64,000 nucleotides of DNA, from the NCBI GenBank assembly GCA_963827235.1, contig CAWHAE010000009.1:128001-192000 (forward strand), read 5' to 3'. Shown one piece after another: positions 37,694 through 47,183 of the stretch. The notes below the pieces were generated by a model. That model searched no databases. It worked only from the letters and a program-made list of their open reading frames with translations, and was not told the DNA's origin. The stretch's first letter is position 1, and each line of letters starts with the position of its first letter. This stretch comes from an uncultured bacterium. GTDB lineage: Bacteria > Chloroflexota > UBA5177 > JANWHV01. The translations under genes were made by a program, and so were the position numbers.

Positions 37694-39362
37694 ATGATCA
37701 CCGTTGACGCTATTCGCCCCGTGCCGCTCTTTGCCGGTCTCGACGAAGACCTGTTGCGGCGCATCGCCGCCAGGGCTGCCGACGTGCGTCTGCGCGCGGG
37801 CGACTGGGCGGCACGCGAGGGCGAGGCAGGCGCGTTCTACATTCTGCTCGCCGGTCGCATGGAGATCACGAAGACCTTTGCCGGCAGACAGAAGCGGCTC
37901 GCCCTGCGCGAGCCCGGCGACTACTTTGGCGAGGTGCCGCTCCTCTTGGGTGCGCCGTTTCTGGCCAACTACCGCGCGGTCGTCCCCTCTCACCTCGTTC
38001 GCGTGGAACGGACCGACCTCGCCGGCCTTCTGTGTAGGTAGCCGACCGTGCGCGACGAGCTGACCGCCGCCTTCCTGGAACGTGTCCAGGGCGTGGAGCA
38101 AGCGGTGACGGCGGCAGGACGCCTCCCGCTGGTGGTCGGCACGCGCTTCGACCCTGCCTGCTATGTCGTGCGCGATTTTCTGACGCGCACCTTTGTGGAG
38201 AGCGAGTAGCTCGAATCCCACGGACGAGGATGAGCGGACATGTATTCCGCCCGCGGCCCTGGCCCATGACCGTTTGCCCCTCCTGGTGCTGCCCGACGAG
38301 ACGATGCTCGTGCAGCCTTCCTTGCGCGAGGTAGCCGAGGCGGTTGGCCTGCGCACCGCACCGTCCGGACCGGCGTACGATGTGGTGATCATCGGGGGTG
38401 GGCCGAGCGGCCTCGCCGCCGCCGTCTACGGCGCCTCGGAAGGGCTGCGGTCGCTGCTCGTCGAGGAGACCGCGCCGGGCGGCCAGGCCGGCATGTCTTC
38501 ACGCATCGAGAACTACCTTGGCTTTCCCATCGGCGTGGCAGGCGACGACCTCGGCAGCCGTGCCCTCACGCAGGCCCAGCGATTCGGCGCCGAGATCATC
38601 GTCACCCGCCACGTCGATGGTATCGAGCCCGGTCCGGCGAGCCATGCCATCCTGCTCGACGGCGGCCAGCGTATCCGCGCTCGGGCCCTCGTGCTCTCCT
38701 TGGGCGTCAACTATCGCAAGCTCGCCGTGCCCGGAATCGATCGCCTGGTGGGGGCGGGCGTCTTCCACGGCGCCGCGCGAGCGGAAGCCAGCACCACCCG
38801 CGGCTGTCACATCTACTTGATCGGCGGCGGCAATTCCGCCGGTCAATCGGCCATGTTCTTCTCCGACTATGCCACGCAGGTCACCCTGCTGGTACGTGGA
38901 CCGTCCCTCGCTGCGTCGATGTCGCAATACCTGATCGGCCAGCTGGCAACCAGGGATAACATCGTGGTGCGCACCAATTGCGAGCTTGCCGCCGTGGCAG
39001 GCGACCTCCATCTGCAGTCGATCACGCTGCGTGACCCGGCGTGCGGAGTGGAAGAGACCCTGTCGGCCGACTGCGTGTTCATCTTCATCGGGGCCAATGC
39101 GCACACGGAGTGGCTGCCGGACGCCATAGCGCGGGATAGGCAGGGCTTTCTGCTCACCGGTCGCCATGCCGACGAAGTATCCGGCGCCGCCGTTCTGGAC
39201 CGCGACCGCTATCTGCTCGAGACCACCGTGCCCGGCATCTTCGCGGCGGGCGACGTACGGCACGGCTCGATGAAGCGCGTGGCGGCCGCGGTCGGCGAAG
39301 GCAGCATGGCCATCGCCTTCATCCACCAGTACCTCGCCACCCTGCCGGCGCAGAGCCGGTAA
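37694..39362 (+). pseudogene. cNMP-binding domain + thioredoxin reductase-like FAD oxidoreductase, disrupted
   Basis: cNMP domain (GDYFGEVPLL) ends at TAG 38039-41; the frame continues to a second TAG near 38207, then frameshifts into GGGPSG, SSRIENYLGFP, GGGNSAGQ and FAAGDVR. Confidence 0.85.
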
Positions 39363-39413
39363 GGCTCGCCATCGCCTACACTGATCTCGTGCAGTCTGCT
39401 CGGAGGCCGCGGC

Positions 39414-40115
39414 GTGCGTGATACAACGATTGTTCTGATCGACGGGCTCCCCGGTTCCGGAAAATCGACCACCGCCAGGTTCCTCACGGCGCAGTTCCAG
39501 CGGGCCGGACTGGCGGCGGCGTGCTGGCTCGAGGTGGCCGAGCAGGGACAGGACCACCCACTCAACGTGGGCGGCGCTATGCACCCCGCCGGACAGACTA
39601 CGGGGTCGCGCCTCTTCGCACACTACTCCGTCGCATCCTATATCGAAGAGAGCCTGCAGCGGTGGCAGGACTTCGTCCAGGCGTGCGCCGGCACGGCCGA
39701 CGTGCAGATCGTGGAGAGCTACCCGTATCAGAACGCGGCCAGGGTGCTCCTGCAGATGGACGCCGGCATCGACCAGATCCACTCGTACGCCGCGGCCATC
39801 GAGCAGGTGCTCCAGCCGCTCCATCCCGTCTTGATCTACTTCGAGCAGCAGGACTTCGTGGCCGCGACGCGGGCAATAGCCCGGCAGCGCGGTCCGGCAT
39901 GGACCGCGTACCTTGCCGAGGTGGCCACGGATTGTCCCTACGCCAGACGGCTGGGGCTGCACGGGCTTGACGGTGTGCTCTCCGTGATGACCGCGTACAA
40001 GGCCATGCTGGACGATCTCCGCGCGGCATCCGGCCTGCCTGAGCTCGTTCTACGAGACTGTGCCGGCCGATGGCCGGCCTGCTACCAGGAGATCCTGGCC
40101 TTTCTCCAGATCTAG
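39414..40115 (+). CDS. P-loop NTPase/kinase-like protein
   Basis: IDGLPGSGKST Walker A at the N-terminus. Confidence 0.75.
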   Translation: MRDTTIVLIDGLPGSGKSTTARFLTAQFQRAGLAAACWLEVAEQGQDHPLNVGGAMHPAGQTTGSRLFAHYSVASYIEESLQRWQDFVQACAGTADVQIVESYPYQNAARVLLQMDAGIDQIHSYAAAIEQVLQPLHPVLIYFEQQDFVAATRAIARQRGPAWTAYLAEVATDCPYARRLGLHGLDGVLSVMTAYKAMLDDLRAASGLPELVLRDCAGRWPACYQEILAFLQI

Positions 40116-40134
40116 GGAGGTGCAGAGCCTGCAC

Positions 40135-41226
40135 TCACGGCAGACTGTCGATCTCCGCGAGGAGCCCGGTCGAAGCTGCACGCATGCTGCTCGAGCGTCT
40201 CACGATCAGGTCGGGTCGCGGCAGCGGGGTGCGTGCCAGGGTCGCCGCCTCTGCCGGCGCCGTTCCGCCGAGCGCCGAGAGGAGGAGCGCGACGGCATGC
40301 CGCCCGGTCTCCAGCTGGTGCAGGCGAATACTGGAAAGGGGCGGATCCACCACTGCCGCGAGCTCCGTGTCGTCCACGCCGGCGATGGCGATGTCGTCCG
40401 GTACGCGTATCCCTTGGCGCCTACACGCCAGGATGGCGCCGACTGCCAGCAGGTCGTTATAGGCAAACAGCGCGTCCGGCCTCGGTCGCTGCGCGAGCAG
40501 CGTCGAGGCCGCGATCGTGCCCTCGCGGATGGTCGCCCGGATGCAGCGCCGAATCCAGCGATCCGAGGGCTCGATACCCTCGGCACGCAGCGCATCGCAA
40601 TAGCCGGCATAGCGTTCGGCTGCCACCCAGTCGGCGGAGCTCGTATCGCTGTCGCCCAAGTAGGCAATGTGACGGCGGCCCTCGGACAGCAGATGCCGCG
40701 TGGCCAGCTCGCCGACGAAATGCTGGTCGACCAGCACGGCGAGATGCGGGAAGGTACTGGCCTCCTCCTCGGCAGGCCGATCGATGTGGACGACCGGGCA
40801 GTGATGCGCCGCCGCGTCCATCAGGCCATTCAGCTCGGCGTCGCCGATGTCGCTCAGCCACAGGATGATGCCGGAGACGTGCTGGCCTAACAGAGCGCGG
40901 ACGTGCCGTGCTTCACGGTGCGGATCGCCGTCGAGGCTGCCGAGAAACAGATTGTAGTCATACGACTCCGCCATGGACACGCAGCCGTCGATGCCGCCGG
41001 CGAAGAACGGATTCGAGATGTCCGGCACGATGAGGCCGATCGTGCGCGTGTGCTTGGTCGCCAGGCCCCGAGCCAGGGGATTTGGGTGGAAACCGAGATC
41101 CCTGATCGTCGCGAGCACGTGCTCGCGCGTGCTTGCCAGGACGCGCGCCTCGTTGTTGATCACGCGCGAGACCGTCTTGGGGGAGACGCCCGCCGCCTTG
41201 GCGACATCCCGGATCGTCACGGACAC
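40135..41226 (-). CDS. LacI family transcriptional regulator
   Basis: TIRDVAKAAGVSPKTVSRVIN, NPFF and VPDDIAIAGVDD. Confidence 0.95.
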   Translation of the reverse strand: MSVTIRDVAKAAGVSPKTVSRVINNEARVLASTREHVLATIRDLGFHPNPLARGLATKHTRTIGLIVPDISNPFFAGGIDGCVSMAESYDYNLFLGSLDGDPHREARHVRALLGQHVSGIILWLSDIGDAELNGLMDAAAHHCPVVHIDRPAEEEASTFPHLAVLVDQHFVGELATRHLLSEGRRHIAYLGDSDTSSADWVAAERYAGYCDALRAEGIEPSDRWIRRCIRATIREGTIAASTLLAQRPRPDALFAYNDLLAVGAILACRRQGIRVPDDIAIAGVDDTELAAVVDPPLSSIRLHQLETGRHAVALLLSALGGTAPAEAATLARTPLPRPDLIVRRSSSMRAASTGLLAEIDSLP

Positions 41227-41268
41227 GGCCTTGATCTCTCTTTCTGTGTCCTCGCAGCCCGCAACGCG

Positions 41269-42069
41269 TCAGCTCTTCGCTGACAGCGGTGTCATCGCGG
41301 ATCCATCGCCACTTCCGCCGACGGTGACCGCGAGGCCGGCCTCGACAAACACATCGATGTTGGCACGTACCGGCTGCGCGTCGTCAAACGGCGGATCGAA
41401 TGCCATGCCCAGCGGCTGGTACTTCCCGCCCGCCGCCCGGTTATATGGCAGAAGGTCGACGCGCTGCACGGTCGAAACGGCGCGTGCCGTTGCCGCGATG
41501 GCACGCAGATTCTCGTCGGTGTCGGTTATGCCGGGCACCAGAGGTACCCGAACCACTACTGGGACAGCCAGGTCCGCCGTCGAGCGAAGGTTGCGCAGAA
41601 TGGCGTCGTTGTACACACCCGTGTAGCGACGGTGCGCGGCCCGATCGATCAGCTTCAGATCGAAATACAGGAGATCGCACCGGCGCGCAAGGCGCGAGAA
41701 GACCAGCGAGCCGGCAAACCCCGACGTGTCCAGAACCACGTGCAGGTTCTCGAGGCGCTCCAGCACGCCCTCGAGAAAGGCTGCCTGGTAGAGCGGCTCG
41801 CCTCCTGAGAACGTCACGCCCCCGTCGTTCCAGCGCAGGATCTCGGCCTGGCTGTTCAGCAGCGACGCCAGTCGTTCCTCCGTATACACGCGGCCCACCG
41901 TGCGCTCGCCGACCGCCGTGCGCATGAGCTGCGGACTGGGATCGATGGACTCGGGATTGTGGCACCACGCGCACTTCAGCGGACAGCCCTTGAGGAACAC
42001 GGTGGTGCGGATCCCAGGGCCGTCGTGCACGGTGAACTCGCGGATATCGGCGACCGTACCGCTACACAT
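41269..42069 (-). CDS. Glycyl-radical enzyme activating protein (radical SAM)
   Basis: HDGPGIRTTVFLKGCPLKCAWCHNPES and GGVTFSGGEP. Confidence 0.93.
   Translation of the reverse strand: MCSGTVADIREFTVHDGPGIRTTVFLKGCPLKCAWCHNPESIDPSPQLMRTAVGERTVGRVYTEERLASLLNSQAEILRWNDGGVTFSGGEPLYQAAFLEGVLERLENLHVVLDTSGFAGSLVFSRLARRCDLLYFDLKLIDRAAHRRYTGVYNDAILRNLRSTADLAVPVVVRVPLVPGITDTDENLRAIAATARAVSTVQRVDLLPYNRAAGGKYQPLGMAFDPPFDDAQPVRANIDVFVEAGLAVTVGGSGDGSAMTPLSAKS
41281..41294. promoter_or_regulatory. Second LacI-type operator (upstream of lacI, inside the activase 3' end)
   Basis: TGACAGCGGTGTCA, nearly identical to the operator at 44436. Confidence 0.55.
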
Positions 42070-42075
42070 GGACCT

Positions 42076-44268
42076 TCACAGCTGATACGTGTGCCGAGCG
42101 ATCACGTGGTCCTGGTACACGGGCGCGAGCTCGCAGAAGTAGCCGCTCCAGCCCCATACCCGCACGATCAGATTCCGGTGCCGCTCCGGGTGCTGCTTGG
42201 CGTCGAGCAACGTGTCGACGTTCAGCGCGTTGAGCTGGAGCTGCTGACCGCCAAGCCGGGCAAATGTGCGCACCAGCATAGCGCACTTGGCGAGCGAGTC
42301 GGCATCCCGAAAGGAGAGATCCGACAGCTCCAGGGTAATCGGCCCGCCGTTGAAGATGCGCTGATAATCGATGTGGCTGAACGCCTGCAGCACGCTGATC
42401 GGCCCCCGCACGGTCACATTCGGGGATGGAGCGAGATTGGCGCTGAAGAGGTCGCCTTGCTTGCGCCCGTCGGCGGTAGCGCCGATTGGCGGCGCGGCAT
42501 CCCCCGGGTTACCGCGGGCCAGCCAAACGTAGTACATAGCCGACCCAGTGCCCGGCCGGATCCGGCCGCCGCGGCCGTTGTCCTCGATCGCCTCGCAGGC
42601 GTCGGCCACGAGCTCGAACAGCCGCACCATGAGGTCATTGGCCTCATCGTCGCTGCAGGCCTTGGGTGCGTCTTCCAGCAGCTGCTTGCGCAGCGTCTCG
42701 TAACCGGCGAAATCGTGGTCCATGGCCGCCAGCAATTCGGACCCGGTAACGGCGTGGCGATCGTAGACGAGATGCTTCACGGCGGCGAGGGCGTCCGCCG
42801 CGTTGGTCGCCGCCGCGGCGTGCAGGCCGAAGTTGTTGTACTCCAGGCCCGAGGACAGGTCGCGTCCGCGCTCCAGGCATCCGTCCATCACGACGGAGTA
42901 GAACGGAGCTGGCGGCAGCAGCAGACGCCGGTAGTCGTCCACCAGTTGCCGGGCCTGACCGGCGATCTCCTCACCGGCGTCCTGCAGAATCGCCTCGAAC
43001 GGCGCCTCCACGGCAAGGCCTTTGCGGATCGCACGGTCCACGGCAAGGGGAAGCGAGATAGCGCCGATATTCACCACCTCGAGGCCCTTACCCGGAATGA
43101 TGAACTCCCAGCAGGCCGCGACGACGTAGTTGCGCGCGTCTTCCAGAGCGTAGCCGTGGCGTACGAGAGCAGGGATCACCACGGCATCGTTGGAGTACTG
43201 CGGAAAACCCAAACCCTGGCGGGTGAGCTCGGTGGCGAGAGTTAGCAGCCGCAGATCGGTATCGGGCGAGATACGCAGGTTGATCTTGGGATCGATCATT
43301 GTTGTGTACAGCGCCACCCGGAGCGCCATCGTCGTCAGCTCGTTCGCCGCGCCGGACCCGTCGCTCCTCACTCCCCCGAGCATGATGGTCTGCCCGTTGT
43401 CGCCCTGCTGAACGCCCGGATAGAGATCGCTGTCCTTGTTCAGCAGGATGAAGAACTCCGCGAGCAGCTCTTCCGCTTCGGCGATCGAGAGGCCACTCGC
43501 GGCCAGGTCGCGCTCCAGGTAGGGCCAGAGATATTGGTCCAGGCGGCCGAGGCCGACGTGATAGTGTCCCTCAAGCCACACCATGGCGTGCAGAAAGCGC
43601 AGGGACTGCAGCGCCTCGCGGAACGACCGCGGTGTCCCGGCCGGCACCTGGCGCAGTGCCTCGGCAATGTCGTCTCGTCCCTGTGCCTCCGCCTCGGCTG
43701 CGTATCGGGACGCCAGGTCCAGCACCGCGTCAATGGCCTCGATCGCGCAGGCGAGGAACTCCCGGCTCTCAGGGTCGTCGCCGCGCTTGCCGGTCTCGAC
43801 GGCCCGTTGGCGGCGTGCCAGCAGGCCTTCGGCAAGTATGCCGCCCCAGTCGGCGCAGATATTGCTGATCGGTCCGAGCTCGTGCAGGGTCCTGCCCTGC
43901 ACGAGCGACTGCCACGTCGCCTCGTCATACAGCGCCGGCAGCTGGACCGTCGTCCGCGTGAAAGCAATCTGCTCGTCGGCCAGAATGACCGGCTGTTCCG
44001 CTTCGAGCACTCGGCGGAAAGCATGCGCCGTACGCCGGATCCAGGAAAGCTGAGGATCGATCTCCGCCGCCAGATCGAGCGCGCCCTTCTGGCGCAGCCG
44101 CTTGTGCTCTCCGGCGCGCAGGAAAGCTCTCAGACGATCCAGGCGCGCGGTAGGAAAGCTCACGCCCGTTTGCAGCGCGTCGCCGGTGGCCGGCACTCCG
44201 CTCCCGGCATGCTCCCGGCCGGCGAGTGCGACGGCGCCAGCTTCGTCCACGGCCTGCAACGCATCCAT
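42076..44268 (-). CDS. Glycyl radical enzyme (PFL-like superfamily), unknown substrate
   Basis: GLGRLDQYLWPY, AACWE Cys loop, ATADGR, QLQLN and LIVRVWGWSGYF Gly loop. Confidence 0.92.
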   Translation of the reverse strand: MDALQAVDEAGAVALAGREHAGSGVPATGDALQTGVSFPTARLDRLRAFLRAGEHKRLRQKGALDLAAEIDPQLSWIRRTAHAFRRVLEAEQPVILADEQIAFTRTTVQLPALYDEATWQSLVQGRTLHELGPISNICADWGGILAEGLLARRQRAVETGKRGDDPESREFLACAIEAIDAVLDLASRYAAEAEAQGRDDIAEALRQVPAGTPRSFREALQSLRFLHAMVWLEGHYHVGLGRLDQYLWPYLERDLAASGLSIAEAEELLAEFFILLNKDSDLYPGVQQGDNGQTIMLGGVRSDGSGAANELTTMALRVALYTTMIDPKINLRISPDTDLRLLTLATELTRQGLGFPQYSNDAVVIPALVRHGYALEDARNYVVAACWEFIIPGKGLEVVNIGAISLPLAVDRAIRKGLAVEAPFEAILQDAGEEIAGQARQLVDDYRRLLLPPAPFYSVVMDGCLERGRDLSSGLEYNNFGLHAAAATNAADALAAVKHLVYDRHAVTGSELLAAMDHDFAGYETLRKQLLEDAPKACSDDEANDLMVRLFELVADACEAIEDNGRGGRIRPGTGSAMYYVWLARGNPGDAAPPIGATADGRKQGDLFSANLAPSPNVTVRGPISVLQAFSHIDYQRIFNGGPITLELSDLSFRDADSLAKCAMLVRTFARLGGQQLQLNALNVDTLLDAKQHPERHRNLIVRVWGWSGYFCELAPVYQDHVIARHTYQL

Positions 44269-44433
44269 TTGTCATCCTCCTCGCGAACCCTCGTGCCCGC
44301 GGCACCAATGTGCGCGGCCTGAGGCGTACGCAGAGCCCCTCCCGGGCCTTATCCGTGCCGCGCGGCGCACGCAATCCGGTTAGCCCGCCGCCCTTGGCGG
44401 ACCGCTGCTCGCCGAATCTGCTCTCTCACCTCG

Positions 44434-44487
44434 CATGACACCGTTATCATGACGACAACCCTAGCATGGGCCGGCACGCCTTGTCAA
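44434..44487 (-). promoter_or_regulatory. GRE promoter with LacI operator
   Basis: Minus-strand TTGACA-N18-TAGGGT followed by the palindrome CATGATAACGGTGTCATG (44434-44451). Confidence 0.7.
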
Positions 44488-44805
44488 TTCGGCGAGCCTG
44501 CCGCCCGGCTCGTGCACTTCGCGGACCTTGAGGGCGCCGGCAGCCCCTGAACCGCCGCCGCCCTGCCCATTCCGGTTCAGATAAGGAGGAGATGCGGTGA
44601 ATCGCGCTCAGCCGAGGACCGGCAACCCTCCTTCAGCCCAGGCCGGGGCGTTGAGTGACAGCCGGTGCCCATATCGCTGTATCTTTCCGCCAGAAGATCG
44701 CGTACGCCAAACTGATACCGGTGGTGAGTCGTGCACAGGGGTAATGACGCCAATCCCGGCGACCCTCCGGCCGCCAGGAGTGACAACTATGTGAGGAGGT
44801 CCGCC

Positions 44806-46179
44806 ATGCAGCAGCCTGCCCGACCACCGGTTCCCTTCGAGGTGCACGATCCCGACCTCCTGGCCAACGCGCGCGCCGTCCTGGACGCCTGCCGCGAGCC
44901 GGCGGAGATGCAGCAGGCCGTGCTTCGCGCCGTCGCCGCCAATGAGGCCTGGCGCGGTCACGCCTGCATCAATCTGCTGGCTCCTGAGGCCCCCACCAGC
45001 CCGACGGTCCGCGCGCTGCTCGCCGCCGAGGTGGGCATCCGCGCGGCGGAGGGAAACATTGGCCCGGCCAATCGCTGGTTCGCCGGCACGCGCCACATAG
45101 ACGAGATCGAGGCGCTCTGCGTGGAGCTGCTCAAGCGCGTCTTCGCCGCCCGCTACGCCGACCACCGCCTGGTAGCCAGCATGATCGGGAACATGGCCGT
45201 CTACGCGGCACTTACCAAACCGGGCGACACGATCATGAGTCTGACCCAGCCCTTCGGCGGCCACTCCAGCAACCGGGTGGACGGTCCCGCGGGCGTGCGC
45301 GGCCTGACCATCGTCGACGTGCCCTTCGATACCGCTGAGCTGGAGGTCGACCTGGACGCCTTCCGCCAAGAGGCGCAGCGCTCCCGGCCCGTGCTGGTTG
45401 CTCTCGGCGCCTCGATGACCCTGTTTCCCTTTCCCCTGGCCGCCATGCAGCAGATCGTGGCCGAGTGGGGAGGGCGCCTCTTCTTCGACGGCGCTCACCA
45501 GCTCGGCTTGATCGCCGGCGGCCAGTTCCAGGATCCCTTGCGGGAAGGTGCGGCGGTGCTCACCGGCTCGGCCGGCAAGACGTTCAGCGGACCGCAAAGC
45601 GGGGTGATCGTCTGGGACGATCCCGCGCTCACCGTGCCGCTGACCCAGGCGATCTTTCCCACGTTGGCGGCCACCCACCAGGTCAACCGCGTGGCGGCGC
45701 TCGCTGCCTCGGCCGCGGAGATGCTGGCCTTTGGCCGGCAGTACATGGCTCGCATCGTGGCAAACGCCCGGGCGCTGGGCGAGGCCCTCGACCGCCGCGG
45801 CATTCCGGTGCTGGGAGCGCACAAAGGCTATACGCGTACCCACCAGGTGATAGCCGACGTGCGCCGCTTCGGCGGCGGCCTGGACGTGGCCCAACGGCTG
45901 GCCGAGGCCAATATCATCACCAACAAGAACCTCATTCCGGCCGACAGGCCGGAGAATTGGGACAGGCCGAGCGGGCTGCGACTGGGCACCATCGAGGTGA
46001 CGCGACTGGGCATGGGACGGGCGGAGATGGACGCCATCGCCGGCTTCATCGCCCGAGTGCTCGTCGACGCGGCGCCGCCCGCCGCGGTGCGCGACGAGGT
46101 CGTGGGCTTCCGCCAGGCTTACCAGAAGCTCTACTACTGCTTCGAAGAGGGGCTGCCGCCCGGCGAGGTGACAGAATAG
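44806..46179 (+). CDS. Serine hydroxymethyltransferase-like PLP enzyme (divergent)
   Basis: INLLAPE, GGHSS, FDGAHQLGLIAGG, GSAGKTFSGPQSG, NKNLIP and SGLRLGT; GAGGAGG RBS. Confidence 0.85.
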   Translation: MQQPARPPVPFEVHDPDLLANARAVLDACREPAEMQQAVLRAVAANEAWRGHACINLLAPEAPTSPTVRALLAAEVGIRAAEGNIGPANRWFAGTRHIDEIEALCVELLKRVFAARYADHRLVASMIGNMAVYAALTKPGDTIMSLTQPFGGHSSNRVDGPAGVRGLTIVDVPFDTAELEVDLDAFRQEAQRSRPVLVALGASMTLFPFPLAAMQQIVAEWGGRLFFDGAHQLGLIAGGQFQDPLREGAAVLTGSAGKTFSGPQSGVIVWDDPALTVPLTQAIFPTLAATHQVNRVAALAASAAEMLAFGRQYMARIVANARALGEALDRRGIPVLGAHKGYTRTHQVIADVRRFGGGLDVAQRLAEANIITNKNLIPADRPENWDRPSGLRLGTIEVTRLGMGRAEMDAIAGFIARVLVDAAPPAAVRDEVVGFRQAYQKLYYCFEEGLPPGEVTE

Positions 46180-46325
46180 ACAGGTATAATAGTCCATAAT
46201 CGCGAGGGATGGCCGGCCTTCCCCTCCAGGCATGGACGCCTGCTCACGTTGCGCCCAACGGCGGGTCCCAACCACGTGCGCTTGACGGCGCCGAGCCCGA
46301 TGCCCATGCCGAGAGGGAAGAAGTG

Positions 46326-47183
46326 ATGCACGTTCATGTTGGATGCCGGCTTGACTATGAGACGACCTGGCCTACTCCTGCACTGCTCCAGGTCCAGCCT
46401 CGCGAGGAGGCGGGCACGTGTCTCGTGCGCTCTGCCTGGCATGCCAGCCCCACCCTGTCTTTGCGCGACTTCGACGATATCTACGGCAACAACTGCACGA
46501 GGCTGGTGCTCCCGGGCGGGACGGCGCAGATCAGCTACGACGCGATAGTGGCGATCGACGGCCTGCCGGACCTCACGGCTCCCTCGGCAGCCCAGGTACC
46601 GGTCGAGTCACTCCCCAACCACGCCCTGCACTTCACCCTGCCCAGCCGCTATTGCCTTTCCGACGAGCTTGCCGACACCGCATGGCGGCTGTTCGGCGGC
46701 GTGACACCCGGATGGACGCGCGTGCAGGCAATCTGTGATTGGGTGCACGATCACATCCGCTTCGCCTACGGCAGCAGCACGCCGCGGACCACGGCGATGG
46801 ACGTCTACAACCAGGGTGTCGGGGTCTGTCGCGACTTCGCCCACCTGGCCATCTCGTTCTGCCGCGCCCTCAACGTCCCGGCGCGCTACGTGTTCGGCTA
46901 CCTCCCGGACATCGGCGTGCCGCCCCCCGACGCGCCCATGGACTTCTGCGCCTGGATGGAGGTGTATCTGGCCGACCGCTGGTACACTTTCGACCCACGA
47001 AACAACACGCGCCGGATCGGCCATATCGTGATTGGTCGCGGCCGGGATGCGCTGGACGTGGCGATGGTCACGACCTTCGGCTCGGCTATCCTGCACCTGA
47101 TGGAAGTGTGGGCCGACGAGACAGAGGTGCCCGAAACGGAAGGCGTCTCTGCCCCTGCAGTCACAGAGGCGGAAGCTCGATGA
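46326..47183 (+). CDS. Transglutaminase-like family protein
   Basis: LPSRYC, GVCRDFAH, PARYVFGY and GRGRDALDV. Confidence 0.9.
   Translation: MHVHVGCRLDYETTWPTPALLQVQPREEAGTCLVRSAWHASPTLSLRDFDDIYGNNCTRLVLPGGTAQISYDAIVAIDGLPDLTAPSAAQVPVESLPNHALHFTLPSRYCLSDELADTAWRLFGGVTPGWTRVQAICDWVHDHIRFAYGSSTPRTTAMDVYNQGVGVCRDFAHLAISFCRALNVPARYVFGYLPDIGVPPPDAPMDFCAWMEVYLADRWYTFDPRNNTRRIGHIVIGRGRDALDVAMVTTFGSAILHLMEVWADETEVPETEGVSAPAVTEAEAR

Noticed and set aside
38039-38209. Amber (pyrrolysine) read-through of two TAG codons
   Set aside because: A frameshift follows directly and many intact genes here end in TAG; decay is the simpler explanation
44806-46179. Assigning the gene symbol glyA
   Set aside because: Key SHMT motifs are substituted
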